Of a stretch of 33,112 bases of DNA, positions 1 to 11,008 are shown one piece after another (position 1 is the stretch's first letter; every line of letters begins with the position of its first letter). A program made the position numbers and the translations under genes. Source of the stretch: Folioceros fuciformis (taxonomy: Eukaryota); assembly GCA_049999805.1 (NCBI GenBank), contig JBNGIO010005796.1, positions 1-33,112 of the forward strand, read 5' to 3'. The notes beneath the pieces are model-generated. The model was given only the letters and a program-made list of their open reading frames with translations, was not told the origin of the DNA and did not search any database.

Positions 1-3000
1 GGGCATATATAACCACCTAAGTGTCCCCGAACCACCAAGGCCCAAGGGCAACCTTACTCACTCACTTCCAAATCGTGGTCTTCGATATCCCAAACACCCA
101 AAGACCAAGGCCATTTTTGGGTATGAATACCCCTTCTTATTCACATACTAAGCCGATTCGCTCGTTCCTTCACACAGAAAATTGCAGCCTGCTCATTCTG
201 TCACTCAAAATGGGAGTGTCGAAAGTTTTTTTCCTCTACAATAGGATAGGCCAGAATTCATTGCATCTTAGATTAGCATTTAGTAAGATGTGGTGAATAT
301 GCTTTCTTGGAACTGATGCCACTCGTAATTAAGAGCGCTTGACTGCCTGAGACTGAACTTAATGGCGGCTATGATCCCGCCCGTCGTGTACAAAGAGGCT
401 TGTTGGTGCCTCACTAAACAACAAATGTTGGAGACACTTCCCAGTTGAGATCCCCGCACTGCCCATGGCTGGTTTGGAGAGGTCTAGGTGGGTAGTGTGT
501 GCGCGACGTTCCTAGGGGTGGTTGAGAGCTTTTGCTCCGTAGCGAGTGGTGAGGGGGATGAATCAGCAAATTCCTTGTTAAGTGGAAGGTCACCTTCCCT
601 TATTCTCTGAATGGCTGATTGTGGTCCGTAGCTGAGGAGAGGGGGACGAATCCACTAGTTGCGCAAAGTGGAAGGAGAACTTCTCTTTCCTTTATTCCCC
701 GAATGGCTGATTGTGGTCCGTAGCTGAGGAGAGGGTGACAAATCCGCTAACCGCACGGAGTGGAAGGGGAGCTTCTCCTTCCCTTATTCCCTGAACTATT
801 GGCTGCATTTCGAATCAAGTGTTGAAGCGAGTGTGTGAGAGAAGAGAGTGTGTGAGAAGACGAGGTGTGGAAGGAGTGAGTGTGTGAGAAGAAGACTGAA
901 GGAGGGAGTGAAGAGAAGGAGTGGTGAGGGGGACGAATCCGCCAACTGCGCGGAGTGGAAGGAGAACTTGTCTTTCCCTTATTCCCTGAACGATTGACTG
1001 TGGTCCGTAGCTGAGGAGAGGGGGACGAATCCGCCCATTGCGCAGAGTGGAAGGGGAGCTTCTCCTTCCTGTATTCCTTGAACTGCTGGCTGCATTTTGA
1101 ATTTGGTGTCGAAGTGAGTGAGTTGAGAAGAGAAGAAGTAAGTGAGCTGAGGAGAGAAGAGGAGACGAACTGACTACAACTAACTGAAGAGCCTTGTTGA
1201 GAGACTGAGGAGGATCCTGGAAGATGGCTGAGGTTGCTGCAAGATTGCTGGAGAATTGAAGAGAATCGCTGAGAAATTGCTGAATGGTTGAGAAAGAGTT
1301 CTGAAGTTTGGATGTGATTTCTGGAGAATTTCGGAAAGATTTCTAGACATTTGTGGAAGAATGTTGGAGATTGTTGAAGCCTATGAGGGATTGTAAAGGA
1401 TTGTTGAGGAATCGCTAGAGATTTGTGGACGTTGCTTAGAGATTCAAGACCCTTGGGGACAGACCTGTGAGGAATAAGTGTACACTAGAGTTCTAGGATG
1501 TTTTGAATGTGATGAGAGTGTTGCATGTGTATGTGTGGGAGCGTGGTTGATCCGCGGGGTCTTGTTCCACAATGATTAGCATTTGCATGTGTGTGGAGCA
1601 TCCAATAAGACCAGATCTATGAGTCTGGAAGCCCCTAGGACACAAACCCGTGGTGGAAACCTGTGGCGGTGCATGTGCTGGAAAATATTAGTTAGGGCTG
1701 CAGGTGGGACCCACCACGGTCATGGATACCACTACCGGTTGTGGAACCAGTGACTGCGGTCGTAGAGTAGGGTCTGCGGTAGCTAGGCTAATTGAGGGGT
1801 AGTGGTAGGGCGTAGTAGGTCGTAAAAGTGGTAGTGGATAGGGTCAGTCTTAGGCAAGAGATAGTAGTAGAAGAAACCTATGTTACGTGGCACAAATCAT
1901 TCCCTTCAAAAGGAATCCCATGGCTACAACAACATAGAGGGTTTGTGTGGGCCTTGCAATGTCTTCGAACACAACATTTTACTCCACACTTAGCTAAATA
2001 TTCTATTATTTATCACTAATCATACTCATAAGCCTTATATCATTATTTACTGATTACTATTTGCATGAATCTAAGCAATAACATTATGCTTTATATTTAC
2101 TTGTACTAACCTAGTTATAAAGATGTAGCTTAAGTAAAATAAAGGGTTCAAGAGAAACCACTTTTAAATGAGGTTGTTAAAAGTGTAGTCCAAGTGTTCA
2201 CTTCAAGCATTCTCATAATTTAAGCTCCTTGAGTCTAACCTCAAGGGCATAGAGAAAGTGCTTTACGTTAAGTGTGCTCACACTTTAGGCTCCCAAAGCT
2301 TAAAGGGGCTTTTGTTCACCCTTCCACTTCTAAGTGTAGAGAGATGTGGTATATGCATAAGAGAAGAAAAATGTTTGGTTCACACATTGCCAACACTCTT
2401 GGTTTGGGTTGGACCTTTGGAGCATGCAATTGAGGCTAGGAATGACCTTTCTATTTTCTCAAATTTAAAATTCTAATATGCATGGAAATATGTATTTAAA
2501 TTGCTATTATCTATTGGTGTCTTAGGCATAAAGCCAACCAATACTTAGGCATTGTATTCATGTTTACTTTCAGTTTCATTATGGTCTCCCTTGAAGACTT
2601 AGGTAGCCATTTATATAATTACCTTGATCTTGTTAGTAACTTTTGTTGATTTAAATGAAGAATTCTGTCTGTTGGGAGCAAGTTTGGGTACGGCCTCTTA
2701 CTTGGAGGTTTCCTTGTAAGATGGAGCGAGGCCAATGTTTTTTATTGTTCCAAAATAGCAGCTTGCTACACCATTGAGAAGGCGTTAGATTTTGAGCATG
2801 AGGAGTTCTATATTGGTGGTAAATGCTTTAGAAGTGATTTTCAAAGATTTATTGAGCATTCCAAAAGTCCCTTGACATGCTTTTGGAACTTTTGAATGTT
2901 CTAACTTGGGGCATTTTCGTGAGTGATATTGGGGTCAAGATAAATCCTCCTGCAGTTCAGTTAGCAGTTCTAGCTTCAATTATTCCAAGGTCCACTCAAG

Positions 3001-5437
3001 AGGGGAATGAAGATGTCGAGACCAAGACATATAGAGGACTTGTTCTCTATCTAGGGATGGCATTCCATTCACTTGGTGTTCTACGTTGTTATGGAATGAC
3101 GCCGTCAAGAGGGAGGTCGATGAGTGGTCATTGCTTCTTGCATGTGGAGGAAGAGTTCCATAGTCCTACTCTAAGTAACCTCCCCTATACATGTATATTG
3201 GGTGCAATCTTCTTTTTGCCTCCTCTTAGGATCCCTAGTCTAAGTCGTGGTGCCCCACCACTCCATTGTATATTCGTCTTGGTCCAGCCGAGTGTCATCC
3301 CTTATATCTTGATCATCTGTGCCCTTTCAACGCACTATTTCATATATTCTCGACGTTGTAAAAGATATCGGTCCTTGTATTCATTCAACTCTAAGTTTGT
3401 CCTTTCTAATAATCATGGGGCTTGGGCCCTTGTATTCCTTTTTTGGGGATAGATTGGATCAAAAGAAGGTGTGGCACGCTAAGGAGAGAGAAAGAACTTT
3501 ATTCCTAAACTAGTTAATGGATAGAACAATTTCCGAGAGGAGTGAGTTGCACCCACCTATTTAGCTTCTTAAGAACAAAGCTTAATGCCCTCATATCCTC
3601 ATTAGTGTAGAAATAAAAAAATGAGGCATCGTAACTTTGGCTTGATGGAAAACTATTTTTTCTTGTGCTAATTAGGTTAATTGACCAGGGAATAATTGGT
3701 TTAGTTATTAGAGTGGGTATAGGTTTGGTCCCATACCTGAAAAAGTTTACGTGGTACCAGACCATAGGGTCGAGAAAGTTTGAATCTAGGTTTGGTGATT
3801 GGTTAAATATTAATTAAAGGTATATAGTATTAAAAATAATATCATTAAATATTATTAAATAATAGAATAATGAAATGATCGTTTGAACTTAGGAGCGGAA
3901 ATATGGGGTATGTTAGGGTGAGGGTCAGATATCAAGTCTGGTTGGCTGATTACATGATGGACTAAACAACCGTGGAGGCCGTGCCCTAGTTAGGGCAGGG
4001 ACTACGGGCACTCCCATCCCTCTCTTCCTCCCTTCTCCTCAATTCTCCTCTTGTTCCCGCTTCCTCCTTGGATCCACATTGCAGGTAGGAGGAGGGATCC
4101 CTAAGTGATGAATGTGCGCATATGAGGAGGTTGAGCCAAGCTGAAGGATTTGGCCGATGTAGGACGAGGCCTGACCTCTTCTTCTCCCTGATTTCTTTCC
4201 CAATTCTCCTCTTGCCTGTCCTGATTGCCTCCCCAATCCGCTCCTTAGGTTGATTTCTCATCGCCGCGCCCAATCTCGTTGCTCTCTCTTCCCCACACGC
4301 TCCGTCTATGTATCCCAACCTTGCTGGCCTCCTCTTCTCCCATCTGCCCTGTCATGATTCCTTCTCCTTCATGGAGCAAGGAAGGGAAGAGATTGAGGTG
4401 TCCGCAAGATCTTTGAAGATCAAGCATCCTTCAAGGTCTTAGAATAGTTTAATAGGTGGTGGATACTTATGGTGGTAGGGTCAACAATTTGTAGGGCTAG
4501 CTCATCAATATTGGCAGCAAGAGGTATTAGGAAAGTCTAAATAAGTGGCTGGTGACAGTTGGCTAGGCTAGTGGTCTTATTAAAATAATAATTGTTAAGC
4601 TAGAGAGAGGTGAGGTAAGAGAGAGAGAGGCTCCTATAAGATCGAGTGAGCCTGTAGGAGGCAGGTTGTCACTTTGCGATGTCTCTCAGGTTGTCCCTGC
4701 TGGGATACAACAGTGTGTACCGGCTGTGCATGTGTGCAGCGTTTGGTAAAGCTTTGAGAAATGGTGGCTAGGGTTAAGGGCAGGATCCCTTTAATTCTTG
4801 ATTGTGCTCTCGGTGTCATGTCCCCATGATCCCCATGATCTGTCATTCTCGTTTTCTCGTAAGGCTGGAGTGAGTGCCAACCATGCTTGCATGGTGTCTG
4901 GTGCGAGGGTCAAAGCCAAGAATCTCTAAAGGGGAGCTATGGTGGGATGTCTCTTCTTGCTTCTTGTTGTTTGTCATAAATAACATATTTTCTTTCTATT
5001 TATTTTAATTTAATCTACTTTAAAATAAAAAAGATTTTAATTTATCCTATTTTACTCTATTTAAATAATAATGGACTAAATGGTATTTAGATTCCCATTT
5101 TGTTGGCTATTTTCTTTGCCATTCTCAAAATAGAATATTGTGGGTAACCCATTCGTCAATCTGTTCCAATTCTTGCATCGTTTGGTGCTTTATGTCATGG
5201 GGTATGTTCCCATCCATGTATAAGTGGTGGTTCATATCATGGGGTGTTGTTTGTCGATCTGATCAAAGGGGGTTGGGTGGGATTGTGACACATGTGGTTG
5301 GAATTACAAACACTTATTTCTACTTGGTAAGTCCTAGCAAGGTCAACCAACCTTACTCCTCCTCTACCGTATCTTAAGGCCCTCTATGCTTAGCTGGAGG
5401 CCATTGAGCTATGACCTTGGCATATTAGTGGTGTACA
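1..5437. mobile_element. Probable decayed retroelement-derived/repetitive DNA (family not identifiable)
   Basis: No credible protein ORF. Alternating GA-rich, AT-rich and tandem-repeat blocks. LTR-like termini GGGATTGTGACA (ends 5290) and GGTGTACA (ends 5437). No matching second LTR or TSD found in the window. Confidence 0.35.
551..1115 (+). repeat. Array of five ~88-92 bp diverged tandem units with a GA-rich spacer
   Basis: Unit head GAGGGGGACGAATCC (variants) at 551, 639, 731, 926 and 1018, each followed by GTGGAAGG..(C/T)TTATTC(C/T)C. Units at 551, 639 and 926 end in TGTGGTCCGTAGCTGAGGA; units at 731 and 1018 end in TGGCTGCATTT. Confidence 0.85.
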
Positions 5438-5485
5438 AAAGACATTCACATAGAAAATGAAAAAAGAAAGCCTGCACAAACTCAC

Positions 5486-5966
5486 CTTTTTGGGCTTTGA
5501 ATGTGGAGTAGTGCTGTGTACACATCCGAGACAAATATGTTCAAGTCACATGCAAGAGAATGCATTGTTTACCTCAATACGCTGAAATTGTATTTGACAT
5601 TAAAAGTATCTCCTTTTCTCTCCGGTGTGACGGCCATAACAGGCTCCCCTGTTAGATGGCAAGAATGCAAGAGAGCTATTCATATTCATTTTATGTTTCA
5701 TGATATTGTAGCTGTTCTCAAGACCGTATGGGCAAACCTTGGGTTTCTTCTAAGAATGTGGCTGATTCTTCTAAGTGGTCAATTTGGCATGGAGTGGTAT
5801 GCCCTGCTAAAGCCATTCCAAGTTGTGAGAAATTGTGGTTTAGGTGTGCAGATCCGGGATGGTCAAGAAACATAGCTATAAAACCGCGCCACCACTCTGT
5901 CATAAATTCTCGATAAAGTCTGGTTGTTCGCGGAAACAAACTGTGACGAAGACGGCGGCCCCACAT
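5486..5966 (-). CDS. Partial: 5' exons of an unidentified spliced gene, divergent from the UPL5-like gene
   Basis: Predicted exons 5966-5738, 5648-5573 and 5513-5486. GT-AG introns of 89 and 59 bp keep frame (phases 1, 2), giving ...LEETQ-GEPVMAVTPERKGDTFNVKYNFSVLS-TTPHSKPKK. A strong donor AAG|GTGAGT follows at 5485. Start codon uncertain; no family recognised. Confidence 0.5.
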
Positions 5967-6601
5967 TAGGTCACGACGATGTTGGGACCCACCGCCTGGT
6001 GTGTAAGAACTCCACTCTCTCTGATCATGCCTGCGTGGAGAAGGCAGCAGAGGCTATGGACATGTCGCTGTGTGTTCCAGCAGCGGTAAGACTGTGATGA
6101 AGTTCTTGCAAGAAGGTGTAAGATGCGTTCAGCCGCACCTCGAAAAGCCTCTGCAGGGTCACAGGCTTCCCTTGTCTTAGTGTACACTGGCTACAGTGCT
6201 ACCTCGTGGTGGCCAAGCTCCTAGTGTCGAAGGTGGGGAGCGGTGCGTAGCTCTGCCCCTTCTATGCAGTGCGTACTGTGGCCAGATTCCCCTTCTCTCT
6301 AGATTTTCAGCAACATCCACTGGACGGAGCTCATGGTTGCCAAACGCCGACGTTGTAAGGGGAGTCCGGATATTGGTGTCAAGAGTCGCTCAGGTCTTCT
6401 CAATTGCCTTGAGTGATATAGATGGGGTTGTTTCTCGGTTACACAAGTGGCGCCCTTAGCTAGGGTAGGCAATTATCTTGGGCGTCGCAGGTGTGCGGCA
6501 ACGCGCCTCCTTCCTATGGGAACCAGAGAATGAAATTCTTCGGCATACTGAAATTGTTGTGCTGTATCGGTATCGGCCGTACTCGTTTGGACAGGGAGGG
6601 A

Positions 6602-9600
6602 ATGGCGATGGACAGGGGCTCAGCCCACCAGCCTTTGACGTCAAGGTCTGCTTCTTCTAAAAGAAAACTTGAGGAATTAGATATGGGGGCCGCAGAGTCT
6701 GCCGTCAGGTCTCAGGCACGAGCTCGACGGGAGCCTACGGATGAGGCCCCCGATCGAAGTATCGCGGAATCCAGTGTCAGAGTGCCAGGTGAAGGCCAGT
6801 CTTTGGATGCGGAAAGCTGCATGCGAGAGGAAGCTGGGCAGTCAGCGTTAGATGCAGATACGTCGTGGAAAGGGACACAAGAGCGGGATTCTCTTGAAGG
6901 CACTAGCAAGAGGCTTGTGAGCAGAGAGGATGGTGACTTGCGTGGAGAGGAAGCGACGGGGCATGCTCCAGAGCTTCCAAGCAGTGTCGTCACATCACGA
7001 GCGACTTTGCCAGGAGACACGGTAGTATCTAGTCCTCAATCTGCAGCAGCCTTTTCTGGAAACAATGTCTGCGGGGCGGGTGGAACCCTTTTCAGGGAAG
7101 CTACTGAGGCAGCTTTGTCTGTCAGCCCGCTGAGCTCTCCAATTGGTGATGGTAGCCTTTATGCCAGAGGCTATACGGAGGTCTGCAGTAGAGAGCAAGA
7201 ATTGGAAGGGGGAGATTTGGAACTCGCAGATGTTGGTGAGTGGAGTGACAGAAGCTCAGGGGAGGAAGGTCAACCTGGCGGCGGCAGACATCTTTTAAGC
7301 GAACGCAGCAACGACGGATTCAGTGAAGGGAATAGTGGCAGTCTCGATCGTGGGGCTTCGAGCGTTTCTCCTGATGTTTTTAGACATGCACCAGCAGATC
7401 GTCCTGAGATCGAATCGGATGCATTTTCAGATGGCAGTGTCAACTCAATGCCTGGTGCCATCTCCGCGCCTATGGAAGATGTTATAAGCACTGTGTCTGC
7501 TGCCATGCAGACTGGTTCGGAGATGAATGGAGCCGCCTCTGTGGACCTCACTACTTCTGGAAAGTTGCAGTTCTTTGTGAAGACCTTCCTGGATAGCCGT
7601 ACCATTCTTTTGACAGCACATGCAGCTGATTTGATCGATTCAGTCCATGAACAGATTTTTATGAAGACAGGCCTACCCGTTTCAGACCAGCGTCTTATTT
7701 TTTGCGGGCGGCAGCTGCAACAAGGGCACAACCTTGAAATGTGTGGTGTCACAAATGATGCCACTCTTCATCTAGTAGCACGCATGAGAAGTACAACTCT
7801 TCCACATTCCTGGCAACTAATCAATGACCTGGTGGACACATTGCGGAGGGTGCGTGTACGTGAGCAGAACGATAACTGGCATGTGAGATTGCAGCTCCAG
7901 GATCGTGTGAGAGGAGCAGTGAAGGAGTTTCTGAAGATGGCATCAAAATCTCTTCCAATCTACGAGCATATGCAGGTGCTGTCGCTGAGAACTGTGAAGT
8001 TTTTACTGAATATGATTGCATTGTAGAGCATAGTAGAGGCCAATGGTATGGAATTGTGGACAATGCCTGTAAGTATAGGCGTTCAGGTTCTCAAACCCCT
8101 TAATTCCATCCAGCAGAACAGCAATAGATCTGAGGGTTGGGCTCTTGTTTCTGGGTGGTGCCATGTTTCACAGTCGTTATCCTGACAGCTTTATGTCAAT
8201 CTAATGAATGTGAACTTATTGGTGCAAGCAGATATTCCAACTTGCTGGAGCAACGACAGCCTTAGTTATGCTGCTGTTCTCTCAAGATGCAAGCAACAAA
8301 GGCTGTGCAGAGAAATGTATAACGCTTTTTCTGTCTGCAAATGATGACTATCTGCCTCCACATGTTCATTATCACTGTGCTCCTATATTGCTCGACTTCT
8401 GCAAATTGTTAGGGAAGAGTGCTCCAACTCACAACCTGTACAATCTTTGTCGAGCTGCTTTGGCACGCCTCCTTGACACTGTTGGTGTTGTGAGTCCTTA
8501 TTTCAATGAGGCTAAGCCTGAAAGTGTTGTTCATGATTTCTCTCCATTTGTCCAAGAGCTCGCTGTGAAGGTGGTTCTCAGCCTCGAGTCAACTGCTTTG
8601 GCCTTTCCTGTTAAGGACAGTTGTATCAGTTTTGGCTACGTTCAACATGCAAAGGAGTTTACAGCTTTTGTAGTCCCTCTGTGCAAGGCAATGAAATTAT
8701 GCAAAGGTATTGAGTTTGTTCGCACGATGGGGAACCAAGAAGATGCTGTTGTAGTAAGCAGTTCAGGACACCGGCCAAACATGCAGCACTATCGTCCAAG
8801 CAGCCTGAGAGTTGCAGAAATCAAGAAACCAGGGGATGAGGAGCTGCATAAAGCTTTGTTAAGTTCAGAGGTCGGATCTCATCAGTGGCTGCTTGTGGTA
8901 TTTCAAGTATTGTTACGAAAAGTCGGTAACTGCTTGAAGGGCATCACACAGGGAGTCATGGCACAGGAGAAAGGGGTTAGTAGCGGACAAACAGATGTTT
9001 GTCCATATGGGTGGGCACCTTTTCTTTTCATTCTAAAAGGTCTCCATGCTATTGCGCTGCTTGATCAGGTTGCCATGGATGACCTGCAGTGCTTCCTGTG
9101 TTCGCATCGAACTGCAATGAATGTGCTCATCCAACAGTCGCGCTGGCATGATGATAACTTTTGGCTACTGGATTATAAATTTTTGCTAGATGTCAGATCA
9201 AGGAAACGGCTTGCAATGGCCATGCTCCCTGAACCACAAGATGACCATGAAGAACGGCAGGAAATTTTGGTCCATCGTGGTGAACTTCTGGCAGAATCTT
9301 TTGAGCTTTTGGCGTATGTGGAACCAGAGGTCTTGCACGGAGGCATTTCTGTTGAGTTTGCAGTAGAGGAGGCGACAGGGCCTGGTGTGTTGAGGGAATG
9401 GTTCTGTATGTTGTGTAGAGAGATTTTTAATCCAGGGAATGCACTTTTTGTGGCGTGCCCAAATGACCGCAGAAGGTTTCATCCAAATCCTGGTAAGTCA
9501 CAAGATAGCGTAGGGCAACACTGGGTTCAATGACATTTCACTTGCTGATGAATTGTTCGTTGTGCAGCCTCTGGTGTAAATCCGGGACACCTTACGTACT

Positions 9601-10637
9601 TCAGGTTCTGTGGGCGAGTTCTAGCGTTAGCACTTATGCACAAAGTTCAAGTGGATGTGGTTCTCGCATTATCGTTCTTCAAGCAGCTTTCTGGTGTACC
9701 TGTGGTGTGGGAGGATGCGAAGGACGCAGATCCCTGCCTGTATGATAGCTGCAAGAAAATCTTAGAAATGGATCCTGCTGTTGTCGATTCAGACATTTTG
9801 GGGCTTACGTTTGTTAGTGAAAAAGAAGAACTGGGTTGTCGGGAGACACTGGAACTGTGTGAAGGTGGCAAGGACATGGTTGTAACCAGTAGAAATCGTG
9901 AGAGGTTTGTTGAGCTTTTGGTGCAGCGTCGCTTGGTAGCTTCGGTGGCTGACCAAGTGAAGTCATTTTCTGAGGGTTTTCAAGACGTGCTCGTGAATGC
10001 AAGTCCTTGTCGATTTTTCCAAGTACTAGACCTTGAAGATCTAGACCAGATGCTATATGGTGACGACCGGAACATATGTCTGAGTGACTGGCGAACTCAT
10101 ACAGAATACCATGGTTACAGCAGTTCGGATCTTCAGATAGTGTGGTTCTGGCAGGTACATATTCGTGAACCTTTCATCATTTCAAGAAGTTGCCAGAGAT
10201 GTGTGTGTAGCATGTGCACCTACGAAGTACTGTTAGTCTTGTATGCTGTGTGTTTCCTGTCCTTGTTTTCCAAGCTTGAGACCTCAAATCTGTAGCATAG
10301 GTCATGTCTGTACGTTTTTCTTTCCATTTGAACTGTATTCCCTCTTGATTGACGCGTGTTCTGGGCTGTGAAGGTAGCGGAGGCTATGACCGCAGAGCAG
10401 CGCAGGAAGCTTCTTTTCTTCTCAACATCCGTCTCGCACTTGCCGGCCCAAGGTTTTGCAGGCCTTTCTTCAAAATTCCATATACATCGTGCTCATACTG
10501 ACATAAGCTGGTTACCGACGGCTCATACTTGCTTTTTTCAACTCATTCTGCCACCCTATACCTCCTACGATATGATGTGCACGCGCCTTCAGGCAATCAC
10601 AGAGGGGCATATTGCAGAAGGTTTCGGTTTCGCCTGA
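6602..10637 (+). CDS. UPL5: HECT E3 ubiquitin-protein ligase with N-terminal ubiquitin-like domain (UPL5-type)
   Basis: Exons 6602-7975, 8232-9492, 9568-10154 and 10374-10637; all GT-AG and frame-consistent (~1161 aa). Ubl domain (LQFFVK..DQRLIFCGRQL..ATLHLVAR). HECT motifs EEATGPGVLREWF, RRRFHPNP, YFRFCGRVLALALMH and catalytic LPTAHTCF. An in-frame upstream ATG exists at 6530. Confidence 0.93.
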
Positions 10638-11008
10638 CGCAACGGGCCTTTGTAATTCGCTCTTACAATCCATGGGAAGGCAATGGTTTAACTGGCCCTA
10701 AGTACATAACTTGTGAGGACCCAAGTTTTATATTACCTATGGCAGCCACCAGTGAGCCAGGTGTCGTCGGACACTCAGTTGTCTGATTGTTGTGTTGTCG
10801 AGACTGACAGCAACAATTACTGCCTGGAAGCCAGACTTTTACATAACTTGTGGATTTCAGTCACTTAGCTTTGAGTGGGAATTGAGGAGAGTGATCCTCC
10901 TCACTCAAACAGGTACAGGGTTTCTCTTCTAAGTTGTGTCATTTATAGGGACCAACTTACATTTCATGTAAATGTTTGTAAGATTGAATCAAGATAGCTA
11001 GCGTCAAA

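Noticed and set aside
551-1115. CRISPR-like repeat/spacer appearance
   Set aside because: The units are homologous along their whole length with no unique spacers; the context is eukaryotic with no cas genes.
2877-4846. ORF-track entries in the left repeat region
   Set aside because: No domain motifs or splice-consistent structure; compatible with chance or decayed frames.
1881-5290. Possible solo LTR TGTTAC...GTGACA
   Set aside because: The flanks ACCTA and CATGT do not form a TSD, and no PBS or PPT is recognisable.
6491-6529. ORF-track start of UPL5 at 6491
   Set aside because: It is a GTG, not a normal eukaryotic start; ATG 6602 (or 6530/6608) is more plausible.
10780-10910. Imperfect hairpins between the convergent UPL5 and ACOS5 3' ends
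   Set aside because: The stems are short and bulged; not enough for a miRNA or MITE call.
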